Numbered from the stretch's first letter, positions 22,010 to 33,115 are shown. The stretch: DNA of 64,000 nucleotides from Promethearchaeia archaeon (GCA_029856155.1 JAHQWL010000081.1:45637-109636); one strand, 5' to 3'. Translations and numbers: made by a program. The notes: generated from the sequence alone by a model not told the origin.

Positions 22010-22158
22010 AATTATTCAACTCTATAGATCATAATACCCTCTATTTTAATTCATAATTATGTTTTCTTAATATTTAAATCAATTTCTAATTGATATTTTA
22101 AAATCTTAAATCCTTAATAAGAATGTATTTTAAACATTGAATGAAATTTTGATCTAAA

Positions 22159-22836
22159 ATGAAATATAATACTATTTATTCACAATATTGCATTATTTTT
22201 GATATGGATGGTGTCCTTGCTGACACAGGTCCTATTCATTTTGAGAGTTGGGTAAATTTAGGACGAGAGATTGGAGTAGAGTTTACAAGAGAGTTTTTTG
22301 AACAAACTTTCGGTCAGCAATCACCTGCAATCACACAAAAATTAGTAGGTCCAGAAGCAGATGAAGAACTTATAGAAGAATGGTCTGATTTTAAAGAAAA
22401 AAATTATCGAGAAATTGTAAGGGACAAATTAGTGCCTTTACCCGGAGTTTTGGAAATTTTAGCTGATCTAAAATCAAAAGGTTTTAAACTAGCCATAGGG
22501 TCTAGCGGTCCATCTGAAAATGTAGATTTATTATTGACTAGTTTAAAAATAAAGTATTATTTTGATGTTATTATTACCGCAGCAGAGGTTAAAAAAGGAA
22601 AACCCGAACCAGATGTTTTCCTAATTATTGCTAAGACTTTAAATATTGACCCAAAAAATTGTATAGTTATTGAAGATGCGCCAGTGGGAATAGAAGCAGC
22701 GAAGAGAGCAAGAATGACATCGATTGCCGTTACAACTACACATAATAAGGTAGAACTTCTTGATGCAGATTTAATTATAAAGGATTTAACAGAGATCAGT
22801 ATTGAAGATATACTGAGATTATATAAGTTAAAGTAA
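22159..22836 (+). CDS. HAD phosphatase, beta-phosphoglucomutase-like
   Basis: FDMDGVLADT, GKPEPD and IEDAPVG. Confidence 0.9.
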   Translation: MKYNTIYSQYCIIFDMDGVLADTGPIHFESWVNLGREIGVEFTREFFEQTFGQQSPAITQKLVGPEADEELIEEWSDFKEKNYREIVRDKLVPLPGVLEILADLKSKGFKLAIGSSGPSENVDLLLTSLKIKYYFDVIITAAEVKKGKPEPDVFLIIAKTLNIDPKNCIVIEDAPVGIEAAKRARMTSIAVTTTHNKVELLDADLIIKDLTEISIEDILRLYKLK

Positions 22837-22938
22837 AAATAACCAAGAAAATGAAATTTTTTATTTTTTACTGTAATAGATTCTATCAATTAAATTAAAT
22901 TAAATTTTTACAATATTTTAAAAAGAAGTGATAGATTT

Positions 22939-23904
22939 ATGATAAAAACGAAAGTTACAGAAATGTTGGGGATAAAATACCCAATTTTCTGTGGAAATAT
23001 GATGAATATAAGTTATCCCGCTTTTGCCGCTGCATGTTCAAATGCAGGGGCCCTTGGAATTCTCGCTTCAGTTATGTACAGAACATCTGAACCACTACGT
23101 GAAGCTCTTCATGAATTACAAACTTTAACGGATAAACCATATGCAGTAAATGTAAATTTATTTCCTATGCTCAAACCGGTAAAACAAATCGATTTAGTTA
23201 AAGCAATGATTGATGAAGGTGTTAAAATTATTGAAACATCAGGACATCAAGCTCCAGAAAAATACATCCCTTTATTTAAAAAAAATGATATTATTTGGAT
23301 CCATAAATGTGCGGGTTTGAGATACGCAAAAAAAGCAGCTTTATTAGGAGCAGATATAGTAGAAGTTGTCGGTTGGGAAAATGGGGGCGCTACCGGGCGA
23401 TATGATATTGGTACGCTAGTACTAACACCTGCTACGGTTGATGCATTAGATATTCCTGTTGTTGCGGGAGGGGGGATTTCAGACGGAAGAGGTGTGGCTG
23501 CTGTTTTAGCATTAGGAGCCAAGGCAGCGTTAATTGGTACCCGTCTTTTAACTACTCAAGAATGTCCTATTCATGATAATTTAAAGAAAGCTCTAGTTAA
23601 TATTAGTATCTATGATACAACTATCATTATGCGATCACTTAATGCTACTCATCGAGTTTGGAATAATGATGCCGCTAAACTAGTCCTTGAGCTAGAAAAC
23701 TCAAAAAGTGACCAAATGGAGATATTTAATGCTGCTGCCGGTGCAAAATCAAAGCTTATGTATGAAGAAGGTGATTTAACTGCTGGTATAATCTCTGTAG
23801 GGCAGGGTATTGGACTAATTCACGATATACCTACAGTTAAAGAATTAATTGATCGAATTATGAAGGAGGCTAATGATATCATTCAAAATCTTTACAATTC
23901 ATAA
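22939..23904 (+). CDS. Nitronate monooxygenase / FabK-like flavoprotein
   Basis: LGIKYPI, VVAGGGISDGRG, GTR and GQGIGLI. Confidence 0.9.
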   Translation: MIKTKVTEMLGIKYPIFCGNMMNISYPAFAAACSNAGALGILASVMYRTSEPLREALHELQTLTDKPYAVNVNLFPMLKPVKQIDLVKAMIDEGVKIIETSGHQAPEKYIPLFKKNDIIWIHKCAGLRYAKKAALLGADIVEVVGWENGGATGRYDIGTLVLTPATVDALDIPVVAGGGISDGRGVAAVLALGAKAALIGTRLLTTQECPIHDNLKKALVNISIYDTTIIMRSLNATHRVWNNDAAKLVLELENSKSDQMEIFNAAAGAKSKLMYEEGDLTAGIISVGQGIGLIHDIPTVKELIDRIMKEANDIIQNLYNS

Positions 23905-23925
23905 AATACCAATTTTAAAGAAAAC

Positions 23926-25206
23926 ATGATGAGCTCAACAGAAGAGGCAATGGATAAATGGTTCGGTAATTTTCCATCTAAGCCATTTGCAGATGATTCT
24001 TGTTATCTTATCGGAGCTTGGGCCAATGTTAGTGTGATAAAAACTAATCAGGGTTTAGTTGTTTTTGATCTGTCCAATAGGATATATCATCGTCGCATAT
24101 TCAATAAAATTCGAAAGTTTTCAGATAAGCAAATAAGATATATCATATATTCTCATGGGCATTTTGATCATTGCTTTGGATATGCTTCGATTGTTAAAGA
24201 AATCAAGAATAAAGGTTGGGAGATGCCTCAAGTTATTGCACATGAAAATATTTTAAATAGATTTGAGAAATATAGAGAATTAGACAGTTATCATAGTTGG
24301 ATCAATAGTCAGCAATTTTCTTCACTAGGGAATATACCAAAAGAGGGGGTTTCTGCTCATGATACACTCAACCCAACAATAATAATTCATGGAAATAACA
24401 AATATGACTTTAAATTAGGAAATTATTCTTTTGAGCTTTATCATGATAAAGGGGAAACAGATGATAGCTTATGGATGTTTTTTCCTGAAAAAGAAGTTCT
24501 ATTTTCTGGGGAGTTAGTATCGAATCCTACATTTCCTAATGTAGGAAATCCATTTAAAGTACAACGTTTCCCTAAACAATGGGCTATAGCTATGGAAAAA
24601 ATGTTAGAAAAAGATGCCAAATATTTGGCACCTGGTCATGGACCACTTATTGAAGGTAAAAAAAGTGTTCAAGAGGCTTTATCAATTAGAGCAGAAGTAC
24701 TGCATTTTGTGTATGATGAAGTCGTAAAAAGATTAAATGAGGGAAAATGGTTCGAGCAAATTTATTATGAGATGCTTGATATTTATCCTGAAAAATTCAA
24801 AAAACACAAATACCTAACTCCCGCATATGGTTGTTATCGATTTGCAATACATGCTGTTTATAGACTTTTTCATGGCTGGTATACTACAGGAAATCCAACT
24901 GATCTTTTTCCCGCTAAATCTAATGAAATTGCAGAAGAGTTTTTAGCAATTAATAATGAGGAAAAATATCTTTCTCACGCAAAGAAATTATATAGTCAAG
25001 GAAAACTCCAATTAACTTTACATATTCTCGATGTAATAATTAAAGGTTCAAGTTCAATAAATAAAAGCGTACTTTTGGAAGCTTGTTCTTTAAAATCAAT
25101 GATCTTAATGCAAAAAGAAGAACAAGAATCTTCATTCATAGCAAAAAATATACTAAGAAATGCTATTAATGAATTAGAAACCAAAATTACAGAATTGAAA
25201 AACTAA
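23926..25206 (+). CDS. Alkyl-sulfatase-like metallo-beta-lactamase fold hydrolase
   Basis: SHGHFDH, GETDD, PGHG and the GWY.GNP dimerisation motif. Confidence 0.88.
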   Translation: MMSSTEEAMDKWFGNFPSKPFADDSCYLIGAWANVSVIKTNQGLVVFDLSNRIYHRRIFNKIRKFSDKQIRYIIYSHGHFDHCFGYASIVKEIKNKGWEMPQVIAHENILNRFEKYRELDSYHSWINSQQFSSLGNIPKEGVSAHDTLNPTIIIHGNNKYDFKLGNYSFELYHDKGETDDSLWMFFPEKEVLFSGELVSNPTFPNVGNPFKVQRFPKQWAIAMEKMLEKDAKYLAPGHGPLIEGKKSVQEALSIRAEVLHFVYDEVVKRLNEGKWFEQIYYEMLDIYPEKFKKHKYLTPAYGCYRFAIHAVYRLFHGWYTTGNPTDLFPAKSNEIAEEFLAINNEEKYLSHAKKLYSQGKLQLTLHILDVIIKGSSSINKSVLLEACSLKSMILMQKEEQESSFIAKNILRNAINELETKITELKN

Positions 25207-25232
25207 AACAATTAATTTGATGAAAAAATTCA

Positions 25233-26993
25233 ATGAAAGATGAAGAAATAAGAGAAATTCTTTGGTTAAGTGGTTTGAAGAACGCAGTTAAATTTGATGG
25301 TAAGCCAAATAAAAAAGCTATAATGGGAAAGCTTATGGCTTCAAAACCAGATTTGCGCTCACAAGCTAAATCAATCATTCCTATATTGGATTGTATCATT
25401 TCTGAAATCTTAAAACTTAGTTTTAAGAAACAAAAAGAAAAATTATTAGAATTAGATCCTCATGCATTAGATAAAAAAGAAAAAACAGAAGAAGAAAAAG
25501 AATTACCAGAGTTACCGAACCTTTCTGAATTTGATAAAGTAATAATGCGTTTAGCTCCTTATCCGAGTGGAGCGTTACATATTGGGAACGCAAGAATGAT
25601 CGTACTAAATGATGAATATGTCAAAAGATATAATGGTGATCTTATTCTATTTTACGATGATACGATCGGAAGTCCAAAATCTTTACGAGATAGCCCTAAA
25701 GCTAAATACGTATTACCAGAAGCTTATGATTTAATTAAGGAAGGATTGGAGTGGTTAGGTGTAAAGTATAACAAAATTTATTACAAAAGTGATCGATTAG
25801 AGATTTTTTATGAATACTGTGAAAAACTCATCAAAGATAATATTGCTTACGTTTGTTTTTGCTCCGCCGATGAATTTAGGGAAAAATATAAGAAAAGTAA
25901 AAAAGATTGCCCACATAGGAATCAATCGATAGAAAAGAATTTAGAATTATGGAAGGCTATGCTTAATAAGGAATATCACGAAGGTAAAGCTGTAGTAAGA
26001 CTAAAAACAGGAATGGACCAAAAAGATCCAGCTTTAAGAGACCAAATTATTATGAGGATTTCTGAAGCAGAACATCCTAGAGTTGGTAATAAATATACAG
26101 TATGGCCAATGTTAGAATATTCTTGGGCTATTGATGATTACCTAATTGGAGCAACTCATATATTGAGAGGTAGTGATTTAGTTAAAGAAGGTATTATCGA
26201 AGAATTTATTTGGGACCATTTTGGTTGGAAGAAAGCGGAGTTATTATATTATGGAAGACTCAATTTTGCTGATATGAAATTAAGTAAAACTGAATCGAGA
26301 AATAATATTCAAGACGGAATCTATGAAGGATGGGAAGATCCAAGGACATGGAGTTTACAATCTCTCAAAAAACGTGGAATAAGACCAGAAGCATTAAGAG
26401 AAACATTACTTGAACTTGGTATGTCTCAGTCAGGAATAACTTTTTCTGTAAATTGGTTATATTCAAAAAATCAAGATATTATAGATGAAATCTCCAACCG
26501 TTACTTTTATGTTGAAGATCCAGTTTCAATTACAGTCGATAACATTCCTGAAAATATATACATCGCGGAACCTCTATTACATCCATCAGAGCCAAAAAAA
26601 GGAAAACGGAAAATAAATTGTATATCAAAAAATAACCAATTGAATTTATTGATTGCTTTATCTGATGGGAAAAACTTGGATAAGAATCAAATGGTCCGAT
26701 TAAAAGATTTAATGAATATCGAAATTAAGTCTGTTGATTTGAATAATAAAAAAATAAGTGCTTCTTATCAAAGTAAGGCGTTGGATCGAGATTTTCCAAT
26801 TATTCAATGGGTACCAAAAGATGAAAATATAAGTGTGTCAATTTTAAAACCCGATGGGACAATGTCAAAAGGGAATGGAGAAATAAATCTTTTAAAAATA
26901 CCCATGAACCAAACGATTCAATTCGAACGTTATGGATTTGTCAATCCCATAAATCTTGAAAACAACCATCTTTTCTGTTATTTTACTCATTAA
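25233..26993 (+). CDS. gltX: Glutamate--tRNA ligase (archaeal type)
   Basis: RLAPYPSGALHIGN, THILRG, KLSK, GWEDPR and QFERYGF. Confidence 0.95.
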   Translation: MKDEEIREILWLSGLKNAVKFDGKPNKKAIMGKLMASKPDLRSQAKSIIPILDCIISEILKLSFKKQKEKLLELDPHALDKKEKTEEEKELPELPNLSEFDKVIMRLAPYPSGALHIGNARMIVLNDEYVKRYNGDLILFYDDTIGSPKSLRDSPKAKYVLPEAYDLIKEGLEWLGVKYNKIYYKSDRLEIFYEYCEKLIKDNIAYVCFCSADEFREKYKKSKKDCPHRNQSIEKNLELWKAMLNKEYHEGKAVVRLKTGMDQKDPALRDQIIMRISEAEHPRVGNKYTVWPMLEYSWAIDDYLIGATHILRGSDLVKEGIIEEFIWDHFGWKKAELLYYGRLNFADMKLSKTESRNNIQDGIYEGWEDPRTWSLQSLKKRGIRPEALRETLLELGMSQSGITFSVNWLYSKNQDIIDEISNRYFYVEDPVSITVDNIPENIYIAEPLLHPSEPKKGKRKINCISKNNQLNLLIALSDGKNLDKNQMVRLKDLMNIEIKSVDLNNKKISASYQSKALDRDFPIIQWVPKDENISVSILKPDGTMSKGNGEINLLKIPMNQTIQFERYGFVNPINLENNHLFCYFTH

Positions 26994-27184
26994 ATCCTTT
27001 TTTTAAAAATTAAAGAAAAATATTTTCAATTACTATAAATCACTTGATTTAAAATCATACTTTAAAAAACACATCAAAATATTATGATTTAATAGACTCA
27101 AAGGATAAAATTTTAATAATCGAGTAGCAATTTGTAATATGAAAGAATTTTTATGATATAAAATTTGAGAGAACACTTGTTTTT

Positions 27185-29101
27185 ATGGTTTCATTCTTTC
27201 CGTGCAAAAAGTGCGGTTCAGGACTTCCGGTGATCAAAGGATCAGCAGCCCAGTGTCCTTATTGTGGGGCAAGGACGTTATATATGGAGTCATTATATTC
27301 CCTCAAATATTATTTAACTGAAATTCTAAACCTTGCGTTATTTAAAACTGAAAAAGCAGTCAAAAATTCGGAACTTGAGAGAAGAAAATCTTTAATTGAC
27401 TCTTATTTTTATAGTCTTAATTCTGATTTTAATGAATATAGGCATTTAATTATTACTAAACTAGATAATATAGACATTAACACTATAAAATTATTCAATT
27501 CAATACGCTCTGCAGGCAATTTTGGGATAATTATTGAGGAATTTTTAATACCCCATATAAAAGATAATAAAATCAAAAGAAAGTATGAAGAATTCAGAGA
27601 TCTCTCATATATTATTAATAAATCATTATTAGGATTATATTATAGTTATTTGGCAAAGAATTCCTTATATCTTGAAAAATGTGCCAACTACTACCAATTT
27701 GCTGAGATAAATTATCAGAATATAGTAGATTATTGTAATATCATAAACCTAGAAAATAACAGATTTAAAATCTATGCGAAAAAAGATATCTATATAATTC
27801 TTTCTGAATTTGCTGCAATATTGAGAGGGATTCTAAATAGAAATCCAAAATATTATTCTGACAAGTTAGAAGATTTGCTTGAGAAATTAATTAAAATCAA
27901 AGCAGATGATTTTCAGAAATTCAATTTGTATACACAAATAGAAAATATCTATCAATTGGAGCGTAATACAAGCGTAGTATTAGAAAAAGTAAAAATTGAT
28001 TGTCCACTGTTATCTACAGATACTTTAGAAGAAAATATAATATTCAATAAAGAAGAAAATCTTGAGAAACTAAATAGTGTTGGTAATTGGATAAAAAATG
28101 TATCTGAAAGATATCAAAAATATCAAAGAAGCCTACTAAAATTACATTCTGGTAAATTAATTAAATATTTAGAATCTTACCGTGCAGAATTCATTAATTA
28201 TAAGAATAAAAATGTTACTAAATTAAATAACTTATTAGAAGCTATGATAACAAAGGCTTTTGATGCCTATAACTCTGAAGCTGTTGAAGTATTAAATTCT
28301 TTAAGTGATTTTTTACAAGATGATAAATTGAATGGGAAAATTTTTGAGAAATTTGAAATTGAACATAAAGACTTAATCCATTTAGATGAGCTCTTAAAAA
28401 ATTTTATCAAGGAGATTTTCGAGAAACCTTTACCTCAAAATCTTGAATCCGAATATTACAAGAAATTAATTTCTTTTATATTTGTTAAACATTCAGAATT
28501 TGACAAATACATCTTAAAATATATTAATCGTATGCTTCAAAGTTTTGAAGAATCGAGGAGTAAACAAGTTCTTTCTTTAGAAGAACAAAAGAATCAATTT
28601 ATATTAAATCTAAAACCTAATCTTCAAAAACTCATTAATTTAAGTTTTGATTTAACCGAAAAAATCTTACCATACCCTATTTTCATAGATATCAAAATAC
28701 AAAATAAAAAATTAAAGTTAAATCATCCAGAAATTATCACAATTATAGTCGAGAATCCTAACTTGACTGAAATAAAGGATATAAAGATTTACTTTTTTAT
28801 GTCTGATTCATTTGAATCCAAGTTAGAATATACAAACATTAAAAGGTTAAAAGCTAATGAAATGACAAAAATAAAAACTAAAATTATCCCGAAAAAAGTA
28901 GGAAACTTTCTTTATATGGTTATGGCTGAATACCAGCATAGCAATAAAACATTTTGGATGCCATCAATAAAGCTAGAATTATTAGTTGATAAAAGCGAAG
29001 AGACCGTTAAATACAATTACTATAATTTGACAGATCCTGATATTTACCATAATGATATTGAAACCAACATGATTTTTAAGCATATAAGAAGTCAAATTTA
29101 A
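27185..29101 (+). CDS. Hypothetical: N-terminal zinc ribbon, helical body, C-terminal Ig-like domain
   Basis: CKKC..CPYC; C-terminal ITIIVENP..IKDIKI..IIPKKVG..AEY beta-sandwich pattern. Confidence 0.65.
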   Translation: MVSFFPCKKCGSGLPVIKGSAAQCPYCGARTLYMESLYSLKYYLTEILNLALFKTEKAVKNSELERRKSLIDSYFYSLNSDFNEYRHLIITKLDNIDINTIKLFNSIRSAGNFGIIIEEFLIPHIKDNKIKRKYEEFRDLSYIINKSLLGLYYSYLAKNSLYLEKCANYYQFAEINYQNIVDYCNIINLENNRFKIYAKKDIYIILSEFAAILRGILNRNPKYYSDKLEDLLEKLIKIKADDFQKFNLYTQIENIYQLERNTSVVLEKVKIDCPLLSTDTLEENIIFNKEENLEKLNSVGNWIKNVSERYQKYQRSLLKLHSGKLIKYLESYRAEFINYKNKNVTKLNNLLEAMITKAFDAYNSEAVEVLNSLSDFLQDDKLNGKIFEKFEIEHKDLIHLDELLKNFIKEIFEKPLPQNLESEYYKKLISFIFVKHSEFDKYILKYINRMLQSFEESRSKQVLSLEEQKNQFILNLKPNLQKLINLSFDLTEKILPYPIFIDIKIQNKKLKLNHPEIITIIVENPNLTEIKDIKIYFFMSDSFESKLEYTNIKRLKANEMTKIKTKIIPKKVGNFLYMVMAEYQHSNKTFWMPSIKLELLVDKSEETVKYNYYNLTDPDIYHNDIETNMIFKHIRSQI

Positions 29102-29187
29102 ACACTTAATCCATAAATTTATTTGTATGAATTTCTAATTAGAAAAGTAAAGCTTTTAGTAATTTAAAATCTTTTTGTAGTTTAATC

Positions 29188-30330
29188 ATGGACGATAAAG
29201 AAGTTCAAGATCTTAATCTTCATAATGAACAAGAAACAAGTAGATCTAAAGAAGGAATCGAATTAAATGATACTAGTTGGTTATTTTGCCCCGTTTGTGG
29301 GAAAAAAATTCCAAAAATTCATAAACTTAAATTCTGTATGAGTTGTGGAATTAATCTTGACTACCTTAAGGAACATAGAACTTTGCAGCAAGAAAATGTA
29401 ATTAATCCTTATATAAAACCTTTAAAATATCCTCAACCTTACACTCCTCCAATTTCTTATGGACCTAAGAAAATTTCGGATGATGAAATAATTGATACGA
29501 AAAATCATGAATTATGGGGTACTACCACTTCTATTGGAGTACCTTTAGGTGCCTTTCTTTTAATGAATTTTTTAACTGCGGGGATTTTAGTTATAATTAT
29601 TTATGCTTCTTTTGATTTGGAATTATTATATGAGATCCTCTTAAATCCGTATTTTTTAATAATTAGTTCCTTCTTTGAATTAATATTTATAATAGTTCCA
29701 GTTGTATATGTGGCTAATTATCTACAAAATCCAACTTTGGAAAATAGATTAGGACTATTGGGTTTTACTACAAGGGGATTTGAAAAAAAAGGAGTATTAA
29801 AAGAGATATTAATAGGATTGGGATTTGCTGTAATCGGGGTTTTATTAGTTGGATTAGTATCTTTTTTAACTGAAATCGCTCTCGAGACACTCTTTGGGGT
29901 TGAAATAGTAAGTGATCTTGGTAGTGGTACTGGTGATGTTGAATCTATCATTTATTCCGCAGATATTCTAAGTTTAATTCTCTTATCTATTGTTATGATT
30001 TTAATAATTGGAACATCTGAGGAAATATTGTTTAGAGGATTCATGCAAAAGGGGTTAATGCGGAGCTTAGGAAATAAATGGGGGATTTTAATTACAGCAT
30101 TTATTTTTGCTATGATTCATGTAATAGGCGTAATTTTGTTAGTGCTAGATAGTCCATTAATCCTGCTAATTTCCTTTCTCTTATCTTTTATTCCTTATTT
30201 TGCCATTTCCCTTTTAATAGGATTTATTTATTATTGGAGAAATGAAAATTTACTCGCAGTTATTATAACTCATGGTGTATATGATGCACTTACTATCATT
30301 TTAGCTTTCTTTTTTTATAATATATTTTAG
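29188..30330 (+). CDS. CPBP (Rce1/Abi) intramembrane glutamic protease with N-terminal zinc ribbon
   Basis: EEILFRG, FAMIH and HGVYD; CPVC...CMSC. Confidence 0.9.
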   Translation: MDDKEVQDLNLHNEQETSRSKEGIELNDTSWLFCPVCGKKIPKIHKLKFCMSCGINLDYLKEHRTLQQENVINPYIKPLKYPQPYTPPISYGPKKISDDEIIDTKNHELWGTTTSIGVPLGAFLLMNFLTAGILVIIIYASFDLELLYEILLNPYFLIISSFFELIFIIVPVVYVANYLQNPTLENRLGLLGFTTRGFEKKGVLKEILIGLGFAVIGVLLVGLVSFLTEIALETLFGVEIVSDLGSGTGDVESIIYSADILSLILLSIVMILIIGTSEEILFRGFMQKGLMRSLGNKWGILITAFIFAMIHVIGVILLVLDSPLILLISFLLSFIPYFAISLLIGFIYYWRNENLLAVIITHGVYDALTIILAFFFYNIF

Positions 30331-30351
30331 AGATGATATTCTAACCCAAAC

Positions 30352-31209
30352 ATGATATTTCAAAAATTTGAAGCAGGAGCAAAAAAAAAAAGTAGCATTA
30401 TCGGTATAGGATTAGGGGCTTCTGAATATCATAACCAAAAAATCTTACAAGTAAGCCTAAATTTTTTACAAGAGTATAATTCAGAAGTTTCTTTTATTGG
30501 AAAAAAAAAAAATTTAAATAAACTTCTTGAACAAAATCCAGATTTAATTAACAATTCAAGAGTGAGCTTTATTGAAAGTGAGGATCCTGAAAATTCTATT
30601 TTTGAATTTTTAAAAAATAAGTCTCTTCAATCTATTATAAGAGGTTCTTTAAGCTCAAGCAAATTCATCGAAAATATCAAAATTCATTTAAAGAGCGAAG
30701 ATATTAATAGATTAGCATTACTGGAAACTTATAATGGTTATCAATTCTTTTACGGTCCAGTTGGTATTGATGAATGTAATAACTTAGAAAATAAAATTAT
30801 CTTCCTGGAATCAGCTATAAAAGAATTAGATAAACTTGATATCAATCCTAAAATAAGCATTTTAAGCGGAGGCAGAATAGGTGATATTGGAAGAGATGCC
30901 AAGGTTGATCAAACAATACAGGAAGCAGAGAAAATTGTAGAATTTGTAAACGAAAACTATCCAAATATTATAATATCTCACGATGAAATATTGATAGAAA
31001 AAGCAATTGAAAAAAAATCTAATTTAATTATAGCTCCTAATGGTATTTCTGGAAACTTAATTTATCGTACATTGGTTCATTTAGGCGGAGGTAAAGCATA
31101 TGGTGCTATTTATATGGGTATAGAGCCTACGATTATTGACACATCTAGAGTTGGCAACTACTCTGAAATTTATGGTGCGTTAATAATAGCTGTTGCTTTA
31201 TCGAAATAA
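30352..31209 (+). CDS. mtxX: MtxX / methanogenesis marker protein 4 family
   Basis: IRGSLSS, GPVGIDE, LSGGR..D.GR, GNLIYRTL.HLGGG..YGA and IDTSR. Confidence 0.85.
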   Translation: MIFQKFEAGAKKKSSIIGIGLGASEYHNQKILQVSLNFLQEYNSEVSFIGKKKNLNKLLEQNPDLINNSRVSFIESEDPENSIFEFLKNKSLQSIIRGSLSSSKFIENIKIHLKSEDINRLALLETYNGYQFFYGPVGIDECNNLENKIIFLESAIKELDKLDINPKISILSGGRIGDIGRDAKVDQTIQEAEKIVEFVNENYPNIIISHDEILIEKAIEKKSNLIIAPNGISGNLIYRTLVHLGGGKAYGAIYMGIEPTIIDTSRVGNYSEIYGALIIAVALSK

Positions 31210-31260
31210 TCTAGTAATTTATTGATTTAATAAGGTAAACTTTTCACATTACCAATATAC

Positions 31261-32136
31261 TTAGTAAACATTTTTAAAATCCTTAACTAAATTTGAAAAA
31301 TCCTTTTCTTCATCTGAAGCGTTTAGAAAGGCAAGATTTTCTTTTAATTCTTGAGTATTTTTTACTCCGGGTATAGTAGTTGAGACACCAGTTTGAGAAA
31401 GGGTATAATTTAAGCATTTAATAGGAGTAATCTCCCTAGGAATCTTTTTTTTTAAATTAAACCCTCCAGATTGATATTTTGCTATATAAACAGTTCGGTT
31501 AGTTTGTAATAATTTTCCTCCAGCAAATGGTTTAATAGCTACAAGACCTATGCCTTCTTTTTTACATGTTTTTAAAAAATTTTCTCTCCCAGGGATGCTA
31601 TCATTTACAATATTAACTTGATTCATTATTATATCAAAATTACCACTTTTAACAGCTTTTTGACCTATTGAAATACTATGAGTGCTTAACCCTATAAATT
31701 TTGCTTGACCTTCTTCCTTTAATTTTTTCGCAAGGTCTAATAATCCTCCTGGGGCTAATATTGATTCATATTCTTTTTCTTTAACAAATTGTATATTAAC
31801 AATATCAATATAGCCTTTACCAAATTTTTCAATTGTATTGATAATAGTCTGTTCACATTCTTTAACATTGCGGGATCTTCTAACTTTTCCATCTTGATCT
31901 ATTGATCCTAAGTGGCAAGTAAGGATTATATCATCTCTATGGGTTTCAATCGTAGCACTAATATTCTCAACATACTTAGATACATTAAAAACAATATCAA
32001 AATAATTAATTCCATTCTTAATGGCTTCAGAGATCACTGAACTAACTGTTTCCTTAGGCTGGCTGAATAGATATTCAGTTCCTAAGCCGATTTCACTAAC
32101 TTTTAAACCTGTTCTTCCTAATATTCGGAATTTCAT
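31261..32136 (-). CDS. Aldo/keto reductase
   Basis: LGRTGLKVSEIGLG, GINYFD, IGLSTH and KPFAGG. Some catalytic tetrad positions look altered. Confidence 0.85.
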   Translation of the reverse strand: MKFRILGRTGLKVSEIGLGTEYLFSQPKETVSSVISEAIKNGINYFDIVFNVSKYVENISATIETHRDDIILTCHLGSIDQDGKVRRSRNVKECEQTIINTIEKFGKGYIDIVNIQFVKEKEYESILAPGGLLDLAKKLKEEGQAKFIGLSTHSISIGQKAVKSGNFDIIMNQVNIVNDSIPGRENFLKTCKKEGIGLVAIKPFAGGKLLQTNRTVYIAKYQSGGFNLKKKIPREITPIKCLNYTLSQTGVSTTIPGVKNTQELKENLAFLNASDEEKDFSNLVKDFKNVY

Positions 32137-32164
32137 AAAAAAATAAGAAAAAAGTAATTAAAAA

Positions 32165-32467
32165 TTAAGTAATAATCCCAAGAGCTGCCGCGAGAAGTAC
32201 AATTATTCCACCAATCCAACTTCCAAATACTAATATTAAAATCCCTATAACTACAAGGATTGCTGGAGTATAATGTATTGGTTTTACTCCTAATAAAATA
32301 GTAATAATAGCAAGAACCACCGCAATAATCTCAGTGTATATACCAAAACTCCACACTTCCAGAAACCCAATCATATGTATTATTGTTTCTATTAGTGCAA
32401 CAATTCCCCCAATTATTGCTACAGTGCACATAACTTTATCTGATTTTTGTAACTCACTCCATGGCAC
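32165..32467 (-). CDS. Small multi-pass membrane protein
   Basis: 100 aa, about 4 hydrophobic helices; AAGTGAT SD upstream. Confidence 0.7.
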   Translation of the reverse strand: MPWSELQKSDKVMCTVAIIGGIVALIETIIHMIGFLEVWSFGIYTEIIAVVLAIITILLGVKPIHYTPAILVVIGILILVFGSWIGGIIVLLAAALGIIT

Positions 32468-32600
32468 TTTTAAATCACTTTTATTTTTTTATGTATTTTT
32501 GATCTAAAAAATAGATTGCATCTACTTATAAAGTTTAACAAAATAAATAAGGTTCAATTAATATACAAGATAAGGGTTTTTTATTTGTTATAAAAAGAAA

Positions 32601-32819
32601 TTAAGAATATTTTTCAATTATATAATTTTGTAGAGAACAAACATACTTTTCAAGATTTAGGCTTAAAATCCTCTGCTCAACTTCACGAAGATATGTGACA
32701 TCTAAACTATTAAATAACTCTTTCAATCTGTTAACCGTATCAAATAATTTAACAATAATATTCCAATCATTTGCCCATTCATAATCTTGAATATCTTCTA
32801 ATTGTATAATTTTTCTCAC
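32601..32819 (-). CDS. Hypothetical protein
   Basis: 72-aa amphipathic helical ORF with GTG start. Confidence 0.6.
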   Translation of the reverse strand: MRKIIQLEDIQDYEWANDWNIIVKLFDTVNRLKELFNSLDVTYLREVEQRILSLNLEKYVCSLQNYIIEKYS

Positions 32820-33115
32820 CCTTTTTATTTAGACTTTATAATTTTTGAGTAAATCAAGATAATTCTTAATAAAAAATGTTCAGATACTAACGGAAAAGTA
32901 ATTTATAAAAGTTAGAAATTATTGAAAAGAAGTTTATAAGAATAATTAATTTGGGAAAGGGCAGATTTGAATTTTCGCAACACTACTAAAATCTTTTCGT
33001 CATCTTCACAAAATTCACGTACACCGGGCTTTCTCTTTTCTTTAAAAATTGAGTGATTTCGAGCTTTTCAATAATAATTCTCTTTAAGACTTTTTTCTAA
33101 TTATAACGCAAGATA

